The notes: generated from the letters alone by a model not told the origin. A DNA stretch of 62,693 bases, filler included, from Rhabdomonas costata (GCA_019059605.1; 31 parts of 31 records of this genome joined end to end with filler, not necessarily neighbours in it); one strand, 5' to 3'; shown: positions 34,650 to 48,180, numbered from the whole stretch's first letter. Made by a program: numbers and translations.

Positions 34650-37452
34650 TCATGTTCTCACAAAGGAATAAAATTCATTCATGAGCCCATCACCCCCAAC
34701 GTTCTTCAGTCAGTTGAAGGTCCATCCCATTCATGGATGTCAGAATTCGGGAACAGCCACAGCTTGAGCAAACACAAGCGCAATCAGTCGGCTTCTTCTC
34801 GAAAAACAACACAACTGCAACGTGACAGAGGCAGAAGCGCGGCAAGTCCAGACGCAAGACAGTCTGCAACGCACCATGTAACGAGGCAAACCTCTACATC
34901 TACGCATCAACGTATCGTGGGTGAATAACAGTTTATTATGCGGGCTGCCGCCCTTCAGAGATAGCGGTAGTACGTCCGGACTTCTCCCGTGTACGTGCGC
35001 ACGACTCTTCTGCGGCCATTAACCCCGGCAGGAGCGGCAGGAGCGCTATTCGAGCTCGTTGCCGTGGCAGGGGCGACGGAAGCGTGGGGCTGCGCTGTTG
35101 TGGGATATCTCGCCCCAACAGGTTGGTGAGCCACAGCCTGCCCGCGCATAAAAAAGGTACCATAAACTTCGACCTGTCATTCCAATATATTTTCGCATCA
35201 TATCTGGTAAGAAACTGCGCCCCTTCTGACAGAAGCGTGAAGGCATCATGGTAGGTCCGAAATATGGTGGAAAGGCTATTCACCGCAGCAGAACTGCGAA
35301 TACTTGGCTGCTCTGAAAGAATGAGCTCTTTTTTGTGGTGCTTGCTCAAGCGCGCGCGAGAGGCGACACCAACAGAACGAAAGGGATTTCGTCAGCGAAA
35401 CATAAACCAGTACACGGCACAGGCTTTTACTCGGTATGCAGCACCGAGTGACTTGACTCGCGGGCTGATAGATGGACGGACGGACAAATTACAAACCCGA
35501 ATGGTGAAATATTGATTTGGTGTGGATCATCGTTTATAAAGAAAAAATAACGTCGGCTGGGTAAAAAATGTCAGGACGCGAAGAATGGGGCAGTTGCACA
35601 CACCTGGGGATACGTGTAATACCCGCCACTAGCGGAAATACCTGCCGTGCTGGGGCCGGTGCGCGCAGCTGAAGGAAGTGGATACTGGGCCTGCCCCGAA
35701 ACCCGATATGTCCTTCCAACGGGGCGCGCACCCACCTAAAACAAACGAAGGAATCCAGAGAACGCTGGGGAGAGCATCAGCTGAATCATAACCAAGGGCA
35801 ATTGAACCTACATGTAAGAGATTCTGTATGGCAGCAGCCCGTTCAAGAAAACAGTGGAGTAGAATACAATTGGGCGGGAAGGGGTGACCTCGCGTTAAAT
35901 AGAACTTGCGCGGACAGATGGACAAGAACACACTTGAACGCTGTTCTCCTTTAAAGTTTTGTTTCATTAATGACGTCGCAGGTTGCTCACTTGTTTAATA
36001 CTAAACACAAATACGAAAGCTCAAGAGTAACCACCACTAACAAAGACGCTCTGAAAGCCGCCATGAGTGAGTTACGCAGCAAAGGAGCAACAATGAGCAA
36101 GGATAACAATATCTGCAGTCCTTCGTATGGAGACATCCCGAAAAATTGCAGCTTTCCGGCGACATATTATTTTCGACAAATTTTTGCAAAGTGAGAACCG
36201 CAAGGTGACGAGAGACATTAAAGGGAGAGAGACGGAAGAAGTGCATAATTCTCGTGCACAGTCGCAGAAAATAGCAACTGCAACGGTGCCAACGAGCAAA
36301 AATTCACCTTGTCTGAGTGGCCTCTGAGACCCTACGGTCCAAGGCAATCCTAGCTGCACCACAAACCNNNNNNNNNNNNNNNNNNNNNNNNNNNNNNNNN
36401 NNNNNNNNNNNTTAATTAATTAANNNNNNNNNNNNNNNNNNNNNNNNNNNNNNNNNNNNNNNNNNNNGGTGTTGTGGAGGACACAAAAGGAGAAATTCAT
36501 GTTTGTTGATGGACGCAGAAGTGACTCAGATTTCACAAAGCTCTGGGTTTCCACTGCGTCCCACTCTGTTCGTTCTCTACCTCTCCCTTTCTATTCCCGT
36601 CTCCTTTTCTACTCTTTGGCTGTTGATAGTTCGGCGCCGGCGTTGCGTTGGGAGGGAAGCAGTGGGCAGCTGGGGAAGTGGTCTCCACAAAAGGTCAGCA
36701 GGCTCCGCATGCTTCCTCTCCCTTTTGATATGCTTTGTTTTTCCTCCCCCTTTTTGTTCTGTACCCTCTGTACCGTACTAAAGGCTTGTGCCATTCTGTT
36801 CTGGTGGCGAATCGAACCGAATTCCCCCCCCCCCCGAGTCTGCCTTACCCAGGCGACCACTGCACCTTTTTTCAGGTGCCTACGAAAGGTGTTTATTCGT
36901 GTGTTCTCCTTCCGCAGCTGTGGATATGGGGGTGGGAGACTGGGTGAATGACTCATCGTGCAGTTCACAAAGGAGGAATGGAGTGCGCCTTCTTGTAACA
37001 CGCAACATTTGTAGGGACCCCCCCCCCCAACACCCATTGTATTTTTGCGAGGGGTAAGCGTGATGACCCCTTGACAGTAGTCCTTGTCACCTTTCTTGGG
37101 AGGTTGCACTCTGTGAATGTTTTTTTTAACGTCGCAGGTCGATCGAACGTGTCTGAGATGTCCGTTTAAGGTCGGGGTCTCAATGCATTCGCCTTGGTTT
37201 GCCATCACTATCCGCGCTCCTAATTTTTGCAGGGGCCCTTTCTCTGATTTGGAAGCACTTTCTCTCCCCCATCCCCACCCCACCACCCCTGTTCCCTCCT
37301 TAGGAGGGGAGGCGATACTTTCTCTTTCTCTTTTTTCCTGTGCTCAAAACCGAATCTCTCTCTCAGCGTGTACTGCACGGAAGCAAGGAAACAACACAAA
37401 AACAGCAGAATGGTCACACTGGCGAAGAAGACGGAATCGCGAGTTTCCCCGG

Positions 37453-38174
37453 GAGGCTCTTCCGTCCCTGCGGACCGACTCGTCCTGCCGTCCCTGCGGC
37501 AGCGTGTGGAGGCCTCGGCGGGTCGCCGGCTGTGCGGGGAGGAGCGGCGGGTGCTGTCCCAGCTCTCTGCGCAGGGCGTGGCGAAGGTCAACGCGGATCT
37601 TTTACGAGGTCCACCGGCCTCGACTGTTTGTTTTGCCTTGACTCACTGCGCAATCCCCATCCCTCCCTCCCTCGTTTTGCCCTTGGAGCCAACGTGAGGA
37701 GCGCCCGGCCAGTTTTGTGTGAATGCGGTTTACTTAGCCATGACCCTCAGCCTCTTGGTGGATTCAAAAGGAGAGGATGGGGGAGAGGCAGCAGAGTTGG
37801 CCGCGCTCATCGTGAGCGTGTGATGCGATTCTAGGCTGATGCTCAGCAGTGTGCTTCTGAACCCGAACCCCCATTCTTTGGGATTCTTGTTTTACTTCTT
37901 TTCTTGTTTTACTCCCACTTTCCTTGTGCTCCCTTCACCTCACTTGGCTTTCCTTGTGTAGGTGCTTGTTTTTTTGCTCTCAGGGATTCCCGTGGAGCAG
38001 ACCTTGTCCAGCCTGACCGCGGCGCACTCCGCGGCTGTGGCGCAGCGGCATGCCCTGCGGAGGGACCTGCCCCGGGATGCCCTAGAGCTTTTGGAGGAGC
38101 TGGGGCGTCCGGCCAGCACGGAGGAGCTGATCCTTCTTGACGCGGTGACCGCGGAAAGCGTGCGGGGCGTCGCG
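37453..38174 (+). CDS. Hypothetical helical protein, two exons
   Basis: GC-rich exons ~37453-37608 and 37984-38174 join in phase 1 through GT-AG. Confidence 0.45.
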
Positions 38175-39884
38175 GTAATTAGAATGGAGCAGGTGGATAC
38201 GGACGTTGCTTATTTTTTCTCTTGCCGCCGCGTGGCATTTGAGTGTGTTGCTTGGCTGCGCGATGACTGTTCGGTTGTATTGTATGCCTCTTGCGGCATT
38301 TGCATCTTCATTGTGCCATCCTTGAGAATATGCAAATGCCGCAAGAGGCATACAATACAACCGAACAGTCATCGCGCAGCCAACCAACCACCNNNNNNNN
38401 NNNNNNNNNNNNNNNNNNNNNNNNNNNNNNNNNNNNTTAATTAATTAANNNNNNNNNNNNNNNNNNNNNNNNNNNNNNNNNNNNNNNNNNNNTTTTTTTG
38501 GTTCTATCCTGACGGCGTTGCAAAAGCATCTGTAGCTTCAGCAAAACGACGGCAGGATAGAACCTGATTAAATCAAGTGTGACGAGTGAAGTTAATTTGA
38601 CGGGACGCGGAAGTTGCTTTGGTTGTTATTGTGTTTTGGTTGTTTGTTTCGGTTTGTATCGAGAAGCATATCACCAAGCCATCGACAGACATCCCGGACC
38701 GTGGATTCTCTGTACGACCCATTGGCTGATATTGAAGGTGTCAACTCACTCGGTGTGAATTCAAGAGTGAAGTCCCATGTTGAAGAACAAGGTTTCCAGA
38801 CGTTCGACGGCTGCAGATCACCGCATTTTCCAATGTCATCACAGAATTCGGGACATCGTCGAATCCAGAGAAGGACAGTTTTCTGTTGCGAATGGGTTCA
38901 CCATGAAGATTCTGTTAAGGAAAAGGACCACTGTGAGGAGGTGAGGAGGGTGCAGGCGATCCCTCTGAATTCGCAAGATGCTTGTGTCGATGAGATACTG
39001 GGGAGTAACGCCGAAGCACAGCACATGTTCAGTCTTCGAAGCGAGAGAAGCCTGAGAACCACGTGTCCACGCCATTAGAACGACACGGCCTCGTAACAGT
39101 AGTGATCCAGACACCGCTTGGGGTGCCACAGGAACGTATGTGAGGCCACATTGCTTGCTTCCATTGAAACAACGAGTCTGGTTGACCTTCAGCTGTCGGC
39201 AAGGCCATGTGCAGAGCGGCAAACTTGTCTCTCTCTGACCTCGGGAAAAACTTCATCCCTTTTTGAAACAGCTCATAGAAATACGGCAAGGAAAGAACGA
39301 GTTAAGGAAGCGACGCTGCTGCTGCTTCCAGGCTCCGAAAAAGGATATCTTCGTGATTCGTCCTCATCTCGGGTCGAAGTTGTAACGGAAGTTGCATCAA
39401 TTGAAACAAAAACTGGCCGTGAGTAGAGAACGTGAAACAATCCTTCCGAAACGTTGCTGTCGTAACCGAATCACAGCAAAGAACTTTTTCCGACAAGCTC
39501 GATCCCGGGCTACCTTCGAGTAAACCCAGACCTTTCCTTCCTTAGCTCCAGAACTGAGGACAGCGCTCTTTTCCCAACTTCCAAGACTGCCCTAACACGG
39601 GGAGACAGGGTGAGAAGGAAACAGGGGAGCACGAATATGGTTCATGTAATTCAATCACCTTGCACCACTAAAAATCGGGACGCTTTACGATTCGTAAAGC
39701 AGAATGAAAGCGGCAGAAGACACATGCTGCAAACGAGTTAATAAACCCAAACAAATTGACCAACCTTATCCATGACAAGGCGGCGGGCCGGAAACTTCGA
39801 GCTCGACACGCGATCCAGTTCAAACGCGCATCCCGAGATATTTTCCCAGGTTGCGCCATACGGTACATACGCACATCCACACAC

Positions 39885-40134
39885 CAGCTCCGACTCGACC
39901 ACCGCTCTTGGGATGCCCGTCAGGAAAACCGTGCGCGCGCATTTCTCCGAAGGCAGCATCCGGACAGAAAGCTCCGAGGCGCCAAGCTCGGGGAAGGCCC
40001 GGCGGTCAAGGCCCAGGCACCGTCGCGCAGCCAAAGGGTCCTGGAACTCCACCCAGGCGCAGTTCATCGGTGGGTGAGTGCTGATCACCTCCACTCGAAG
40101 CTTCTCCAGCGGTCCGAACCGGCGCTCCAGAAAC
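39885..40134 (-). CDS. RRM-domain RNA-binding protein exon
   Basis: FGPLEKLRV...CAWVEF (RNP1-like) followed by RTVFLTGIP (RNP2 of the next RRM); CAG/GT boundaries. Confidence 0.65.
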
Positions 40135-40561
40135 CTGCCAACAAAGAGAGACCTCATGATCGCATCAACTGCGAAGACGAAGAACGTAAATCAAACCTCA
40201 CCGAAACTCATAACTGCAATCACCTGGGTGAGATGAGAAATCACCTTTTTGAAAATGATGTATGCCTAGAGCATTTGAATGAGACCCCGGATTGGGTTGC
40301 AGGGACAACCAATGCATAAACTGCGAAAACACCCAGATCTGCAACCCATCGCTTTGCCGTGCCAAACTTACTTCTTGAATTTCTCATGGAACTTCCTGTT
40401 TTACCGCCACCACCCCCCCNNNNNNNNNNNNNNNNNNNNNNNNNNNNNNNNNNNNNNNNNNNNTTAATTAATTAANNNNNNNNNNNNNNNNNNNNNNNNN
40501 NNNNNNNNNNNNNNNNNNNTGTTGGTTGTCAGACAAGTCGCTTCCAGCCCTCGTCTTCTCT

Positions 40562-40593
40562 CTTCCTTCCTTCCTTCCTTCCTTCCTTCCTTC
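40562..40593. repeat. (CTTC)8 microsatellite
   Basis: Direct reading; followed by a CT-rich tract. Confidence 0.95.
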
Positions 40594-40705
40594 CTCTCTC
40601 TTTCTCTCTCTCTAGCTCTCATCTTTCTTGAGCCGTAACACAACAATATAAAGTGCACCACTGAGGTCGGGCAGAAACCTATTGACAAAAACAAAGCAGG
40701 GCAGG

Positions 40706-40706
<1 letters not shown>

Positions 40707-40748
<42 letters not shown>
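40707..40748. repeat. (AC)21 microsatellite
   Basis: Direct reading. Confidence 0.95.
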
Positions 40749-40752
<4 letters not shown>

Positions 40753-40817
40753 CAGCATGTTTGGACTCGGAATTACCCATATAATATGGCCCGGCCAATA
40801 CCAGAGAAAGACACGAG

Positions 40818-41933
40818 CTACGCGGTGGAACCGGCTCGTGGGAGGCACGCTGAGGACCCGTGCTGCACAGGACTCACCGTTAGGGGAGCCTGGACGGGCG
40901 ACGGGGTCCCCAGCCTGACCCTGCCCACGACCTGAACACAGCACTGGTGCAGCGCCTGCAGGCTCCGCACGCACTCCTCTTGCGCCTGGCAGTACACTGC
41001 AAAGTATATAATCGAGCTAGCCTTGGCCAGCCCTTGCGCCAGGGCAGCGCCGTCCGTTACAGCGGGGGCATGCTGCTCCTTATCCGGTGCGTCAGCGACG
41101 GGTAGGGACGGACCCAAGGGCGGGGTGCACACGGTCATCTGCGAGAGGATTAGATCGGAGTAGAAGGACTGGATATCCGGCAGCTGGGCAGGCAAGGGCA
41201 GTCGAAGGTATAGCGAGGTGGAGAGCATGAACAGGTACGACGAGACATTCGCAATGAAGGTCGCCCTGGGGTGCCGCCCGCCCTGCCACATGGCATAGAG
41301 CTGAGGGGGCGCTGGGGCCTCAACGGGGGCGTCCTCGTCTCCAAGGGAGAGGAGGGGGCCCTGGTCTGCTACCAGCGGGGACAGGGACTGTGCAACGCTG
41401 ACCCGTAGGCGCTGCAGGTGGCTGCAGAGCAGCCAGCAATGCCGCAGAAGGCTGCCGTAGCACCCTGCAGGGAAGCGCTCCTGAGCAAATGTACAAACGG
41501 GTGTTCACAGTGCATTTTAACAGGCTCTACCTATTCATTGGCCCCGTCACATTTCACTACGAATCGTCAAGTCGTTGACAAGAAACATGGTTTTGCGCTA
41601 CATGTATCCTCTACATTCAAAAATAAACTCCAGGTGAACGTCCACAGTCCAGGGGGACTGCACCTCGATCAGGGGCTCCGCCTGGGCAATCTTCAGAAGC
41701 CCCTGCATTCTCTGCAGCTCCTGCTGCACGTCGTCCTCCATCCTCAGCAGCACCTCGGCTCGGACCACCGTGTTCTGCATAAACTGGCGGCAGATGGTGA
41801 GGTACTCCTTCCACAGCTCCACCAGGACCACGGACAGCCCCTTACGAAGCTCCCTCCGAGCCCCAAAGGGCCACAGTGCCCGGCTGAGCACCAGGCACAG
41901 AAGATTTCCCGCCACCACGGCCACCACTCGAGC
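40818..41933 (-). CDS. ArAE/FUSC-type (Bre4/DUF2421-like) membrane protein, C-terminal exons
   Basis: 41664-~41933 RVVAVVAGNLLCLVLSRALWPFGARRELRKGLS...AEPLIE splices to 40818-41480 ERFPAGCYGSLL...LRLPLPAQLP. Confidence 0.7.
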
Positions 41934-42443
41934 GTTACGGTCCACCAGGCGGGTGCTGCGAGCGATGCAGATCGCAGTCTCCACCTTGTCCCCTGGGAAC
42001 GACGGGGGAGGTGAGGGGGTGCCTTTGCGTGTTGTCGTTGGTGCTATCCATTATATGACTGGTGACTGGTCATCCACACAATTTAGTTTGACTTTTTTGC
42101 AGCATTTTTCTTAGCTTGGATGAATAATGCGGTATGCCAAAGGGAAAAAAGGATGCCTTCTTATATATATTTTTTGCAATTTTCCTCCTTTCGTACACTG
42201 TAATTGCCCAAGAAGGCCACCAGGCCAGACACCACAACAGAAGCACAGCAGCCGTAGCCATTCTTGTTTATTCTATTCACGTCTCGAGTGACAGACAGAA
42301 CGTTATTTTGATCACGAGTGAGTGAGGGTAACTGCGGCTGCGACCCCGGCACACGCACCCGTCAGCATCCAAACTTTGATGTTCGCGTTGCGGAGCTCTT
42401 CCAGCGACTGCTGCACGTTGGGCTGCAGGAGGTCCTCGACCCC
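41934..42443 (-). CDS. P4-ATPase phospholipid flippase (ATP9/Neo1-like), P-domain fragment
   Basis: 42359-42443 [28 protein letters not shown] splices to 41992 [20 protein letters not shown]. Confidence 0.88.
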
Positions 42444-43533
42444 AACCACNNNNNNNNNNNNNNNNNNNNNNNNNNNNNNNNNNNNNNNNNNNNTTAATTA
42501 ATTAANNNNNNNNNNNNNNNNNNNNNNNNNNNNNNNNNNNNNNNNNNNNCTGAAGGACCTCCCCCGGTTTGCGCGTTGGGTTTGGGGAACTACTCGTCAC
42601 TTTCTCGAGTGCAAAGGAGAAGCTTCCGCTCACCTTTTGAGCGCCCAATTGGACATTTCCTGTGTCGTCCGTGTGGGAAGCTTGACCTGGTGTCTCTGGG
42701 CGACTTCTTTTTTTCCCGTAGAGATTTGTCATCACTGTGTTCATTGATAGTTTTCCACAGCCTTCGTGCTCAGGTGGATACGCTCGCAGCTAACCTAACC
42801 TCTGCAAACGTTCAGGTTTCAGTCAGAGTTATCTCTCATCATGAAGGCGAATATGGACAGTCTGCGGAAGAAGGAGAAGAGGCCCGCCGCGAAAGCCGCT
42901 GCGGCATCCGCTTCGAAGAAACACCCGAAAAAGATGGTGTCTGAGTAGCCTGCAAGTGCTGAGCTGTGAGACAATCTGGGGACGCCACTCCGTCCTGTGC
43001 AGGCCGCAGTTCCGGAGACTCTCGTACCCCCCTTCTGAACTCATGAATTGCAAAACGCATAACGTTGAAATTCGTGATCGACATTTTCCCCCTTTTTTCT
43101 TTCGGAGAAAAGCAGCAGTAAGGAAAAGTATGGAAAAGGCTCGTGACGTTCTCTTTCAGTTCCGATTAGCGCTGCTGATGACAGCGTGGATTTTTCTGAC
43201 CTTGGGCTTTATCAGGAAGGGTTCTCATTTCTACGAGCGTCCCCATACTTCCGATGTTGGTATGACCCATATGGGTCAGCTGTGTGTTTGACGTCTTCTT
43301 AGGTTGCACAACTGAGGAACCAAGCTTAACAACGGGAACGTCGCTTTGCTCTTTTGTTAATGCTCTTTGCTGATTAAGAGCCGTGCATTTGTGTGGTCGT
43401 GGTTTAAGTGGTGGTGGTGGGGTGTTTTTTCTGCACTAGAGGTTGTTCTTCTTCTTTCGTCACATTACCGTGCTGAAAGCGTGTTCTTGCCTGTCTTGCG
43501 TATCGTGCGAGTGTACGTGCGGGTGAAACGGAA

Positions 43534-44414
43534 ATGGAGACTGCCTCCAGGGAGTTCGCTTTCAGCCCAGAGGCACTGTTTTTTGAGCACAACGTGCCGC
43601 TGCGGGGGTGCCGGTATGACATCACTGCGGCGTACCACACGGAGCAGTCCATCGGGTGCCCTTCTCTGGGCGCCGTGGTGGAGCTTGTTCTGCACTGCGG
43701 TGGCGGTGGCTTGGTGGACTCGGAGTCGCCGGGGCCTCCGGAGACCGTGCAGCTGACCCTGGGGACGGTGCTGCGGAAGAAGGGGCTGAGGACCCGAAGC
43801 TACTCCATCGTAAGGATGGAGGTGAAGGTGTGCCTGCTTGCAACACCAGCATGCTTGTGTTTTGTTGGGTGGTGCGCACGCACACATGCTCCGCATCGTG
43901 CCTGCTTTGATACAGATCTCGTAGCGGTGGACAACAAGTGCAAACCAGCCAAGCGGCGGTCCCCCGTGGAAAGCGGATCCACAAACAGACTCCAGAGATT
44001 AGTTACCGTGCGGTGAGCGGACACACCCCAGCTTCACTGCGTCAGAGTGGTGCGGGGTTATCAAGGAGCGTATGCGCCACTCCAGCGAGCCATGGGAACA
44101 TACACAGTTTACGTTCGAAGCGCAAGGTCACCTGAAAATGTGGACATCTGTCCGTTGCAGCCGGCACTGAACACACATTCTGGCAGGTGAGGCAGCGGTA
44201 CGGCAACCCGGAAGACAAGGGGAGGGTCTTGGTGACGGCCACAGCGTGCTTCGGGAGAGGCGACATCCTTTGCGTGGACATGGGGCTTTACTTCCACTAC
44301 GGAGTGTTTACCGGGGATGGGGTGATCCATTTCTGGGGCGGAGCGGTGCAGTTCTGGGACCGCTATGGGTTGCCCTACTTGGGAGGGTTTACCCTGAGGC
44401 TGCCGACGGTTCAG
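43534..44414 (+). CDS. LRAT/NC-domain (permuted NlpC/P60) protein, partial
   Basis: Exons ~43534-43827 and 44187-44414; GDILCVDMGLYFHYGVFTGDGVIHF carries both conserved His motifs. Confidence 0.75.
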
Positions 44415-44831
44415 GTGCTTTTAATGCACTGAGTCAAGAATTCCCCAGCTCGAAACCCCCTTTCCCCCAAAAACNNNNNNNNNNNNNNNNNNNNNNNNNN
44501 NNNNNNNNNNNNNNNNNNTTAATTAATTAANNNNNNNNNNNNNNNNNNNNNNNNNNNNNNNNNNNNNNNNNNNNTGTTGTTGGTTTTGTGCCATCGGCCT
44601 TGAGGGAGGCAGGCATCCCTCAAAAAACGAGTCCTCTGTTCTATCATCCGAGTCCTACTGTTATCCTTGCGTCACTTGCTTCGGTTGTGAATTGCCCTCG
44701 CCTTCCCCGTGCTGGGAAAGACGAATTAATGTGTAGGAATATCGGTCGTGGTCCTTTTTCAGCCCTCGATCTTTCACAACGGGCCGTTGGAACTTCCCCT
44801 TCACCGAACAGTTCCCACTTGCACCCGCGCC

Positions 44832-45760
44832 ATGCACATGGGGCTTCCCTTCACTGCGATTCCACGCTCATTTCTGCGGCTGCCGTTCCTGCTGCTTCTG
44901 CTGCTGCTGTCCCTTCCTTTGGCCGTGGTGGGCCAGAGCTCGCTTCTGCCCCCCGTGCGGTGCAGCGAGGGCGGGCTGGCGGTGCCGCTGATGACTGTGC
45001 TGACGCCGATGTTCGCGGCGGGCCACCCCAACACCTCAACTTTGGTGTACACTACCATCACGGGCTTCGCGGGCATCACGAACCTGCTGCAGGGCATCGT
45101 ATGTGGAGGGCCAACACATCCCTCTTCCTCCCTGGCTGCAGTGTAGTGCAATGTGACTCGCTGAAATCGTATGCTTATTTTTTTGGGGGGGGGGGTGTCA
45201 ACGCCCTCATAACGCAGATATGGCCTAATTGTGGGTGAATGTGTGATTGGGACGGATTTTTGGAGGGTATGCGGCACCATCCACCCCAAGTCTTTTCCTC
45301 CTCCTTGGTTCCAGATCTCTTTTCCTTTAGAAACAATTCTTTTTTCCTTTATTTCGCCATGGTCATTTTAAAAGCATTAATTTGCATGACAAGATAAAGG
45401 ATGAGCTGGCAAAACAAAATCATCGAAAATAAATCAAGAAAAACTCTATTCTGTGACACTGATGTGTAGACACAACACCGTTATGCCTGATACTTGGTCC
45501 AAATCAAAGGATTCCTAAACCTGCACAAGTTTACAAACACCATAATTATAGAAAAATGGGCAAAGTTTGGCACCCTCCAAATCGCGTTTAAGTGGAAAAG
45601 TGTTCGCGTTTTGATGCTGCTGTGACAAAGGAAATGGTTCATGTCCAGGGCGATATTTCCATCTCAGGCGGACTTCGCGATCACCTTTGTCGCCCCAGCG
45701 CCCCAGCACTACAACAGCGGGAAGACGATCCAGCTGCTGCCACTGTTTGTGCTCCCTGTG
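44832..45760 (+). CDS. Signal-peptide protein with a PstS-like periplasmic-binding domain start
   Basis: Exon 44832-45098 (Leu-rich signal, YTTITGFAGITNLLQGI) splices to 45668 ADFAITFVAP...IQLLPLFVLPV. The 3' boundary is uncertain. Confidence 0.5.
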
Positions 45761-47166
45761 GTGCTGCCCCTTTCTTATCCCCTGCGCCTTCCCTCAGGCA
45801 CCTTCCTCACTGACACACAAACCAGTGTAATCGCTCTATCGCAAATTAACCCACTTCGAGGACCTGTGTAGAGGATGAGGGTGGTAGCTGGAGGGGGGCC
45901 GATCTTACCTTGGGCGTTGAACGTTCAGCATCCCTTGGAGCCTTGACCTTCCTAATGACTTTAGTTTAAGAGTTACCAACAAATCTAAGGTATCAACTGT
46001 GGTGCACACATTTTTAAGCCGTAAAGCAAAAGCATTCATTTAGGGAACACTGGGACAGTTCACCAAACCCATTTCTAACAACATAATCATTGCGAGGGTG
46101 CTAGCATCATTAATCCAAAACTCTTCCGCCCCAGAAAAAAACGGAGTGAACACCTTCCGGCGGGGAGCATCTTCGGGGTCCTCGCATAGCGGTGATGCCG
46201 CAGCGGTATCCGCTGCGAGACGAATCTCGGGAACTCGGGGGGTCGGCCGGCGTAGAGGCTTTCCCTCGGGAGACCTGCACATCGGAAACCAACAAAGGAC
46301 TGCTCAAGATCCTGACGATGATCTGGGATCGGCGGATGATCCGTGACAAAACCTAACGGCCGTTAGTTGACGTGCTTAGGGAGTTTCGTTCGGCATCTGT
46401 TCGGCATCCTGCAAAGCGGTGTCTGAAAGCTATCTTTGTCATACATGCATATGAGAAAACTTCATCACACTCAAACAAACAAAAGTGCAAACAAAAAAAC
46501 NNNNNNNNNNNNNNNNNNNNNNNNNNNNNNNNNNNNNNNNNNNNTTAATTAATTAANNNNNNNNNNNNNNNNNNNNNNNNNNNNNNNNNNNNNNNNNNNN
46601 GGGTCCGCACATTTTTATGCGCTTGGAAAAGAAATTTTGTTTTTGGTGTGGAGTTTCTTCCTCATGGGCTCCTCGGGGTACCAGCCTCTGTGTGCGGCAA
46701 TCTTTCCGTCAATTTGCTCACCAACACCCCTTTCAATTGCTTGGTTTTGTTGCACATTCTCACCATCGTCCATTCCGGTGGTCGCTCCCAGCTCGAGTTA
46801 CTTCGCTTTTTCTCCTGCTCGTCTTCACAACTGGGTGCTGGGCGCTTCGGCCCAACTTTTCTTCACCTGCTGCTACTAATCTCTCTGCTAATCTCCTCTT
46901 TCTTCCCACAAAAAAAACATGAACCCAGAACATCCAGGGGCTATTGAGACCCTTCGGGGACACGTGGAAGGCGTCCTTCCAGAAGCCTCCGAGGGCAGCA
47001 CACTGCGAAGCTCTACAGCGGGTGCGGCGTGGCCTTCCACCCCGTCCCGCCTAGATGTGAAAAGGGGCGGAGTGAGGGTGAGGGTCGGTTAGTAGTGATC
47101 CCGATGGTGGTCGGACTGTAACAATCACACTCGCACATTTTTCTGTTGATTTACCCCGTCGGTTCT

Positions 47167-47280
47167 GAGGGCAACAACCAAGCAGGCCCGGGTCAGTTCT
47201 GTGTAGTGGGCCTCCCGAAAACCGTCGCCGGTCCTTGCGCCCTCAGGCCGGTTCCAAGCAGTGACCCTTGACAGCTCTTT
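47167..47280 (-). mobile_element. Old, degenerate copy of the RLE-element 3' tail
   Basis: Collinear blocks aagcaggcc, ggcctcccgaaa, gccggtccttg, ccctc.ggccggt and cccttg.c.gctcttt match 3349-3486. Confidence 0.55.
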
Positions 47281-47619
47281 TTCGCTTTTTTATCTTGTCC
47301 CTCTTCTCCTACAATCACACTCGCATAGGCCCTGAACCAGGTCACTTACACCATGCACCCCCACGGGAATCAGCTCGTAATATAGCAATGGACTATTTCA
47401 CTCAGAGCTGCGGTGAAAAACCAAGGGAAACATCCTTTTGAAGTGCACGCTATCGGTTCCCTGGTACACCACGTTAACCCCATGCAAAGCAAAAAGAAAG
47501 CGGCGAAGACCGGTGAATGACGGGGTGGAATGAGAGCAGGTAGAGGCTCTCCCCTTCCGGCAAGTGCCCAGAAGGATCAATTCGGTGGCTGGTCATGAAG
47601 AGCCTCTGTGGGGGACTTC

Positions 47620-48180
47620 GCCTTGCTGTCAGCAGCACTTCACGGCCCCCACCACAAAGAACTCCGTCGGCATCGCCACGGAGCAAGGCCGGCCCCAGGG
47701 TCGCCGGCAGGGACACCTTTGGTGCCCGGGCCATCCCCAAGGCTTGCTCCAGCAGTATCTCCGGGCAGCATGAGGATGATCCGGGCTCGGACAGGGCAGG
47801 GATGGCCGAAGGTGCACCCACTGGGGTGCACATCTGACGGGAATCGGCCACAAGGGACCTGAAATCACTGTGTGGCCAGGACATTCGATATCAAAAGGCA
47901 CAGACACAACAAAACGAAACGAAACGATGAAATTCCCCCCCTATTACAATAAAGGAAGCCAAAGAAGCTCCGAACAAATAATGGGGTTTTCGGGGTAAAA
48001 ACATACTGTTAACGCACCCACCCTCTGGGGAACGCGATGCAAAACACCTTCACACCTTCCAATGATGTCCGTGGGAAGGCACCGCAGCAGTACAGCGAAG
48101 GCATCAGTGGCAAACAAAATCGAGCCATCGGAGTCCGTCAGCACGACCGACCGGTCCTCCTTTCCGAGCAGTTCAAACGC
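47620..48180 (-). CDS. PAS-domain-containing protein, partial
   Basis: Exon 48056-48180 SVVLTDSDGSILFATDAFAVLLRCLPTDIIGR; the next exon starts at 47858 and its end is uncertain. Confidence 0.65.

Noticed and set aside
39240-39280. ELFQKGMKFFP resembling a Penelope N-terminal motif
   Set aside because: Isolated short match with no RT or endonuclease nearby.
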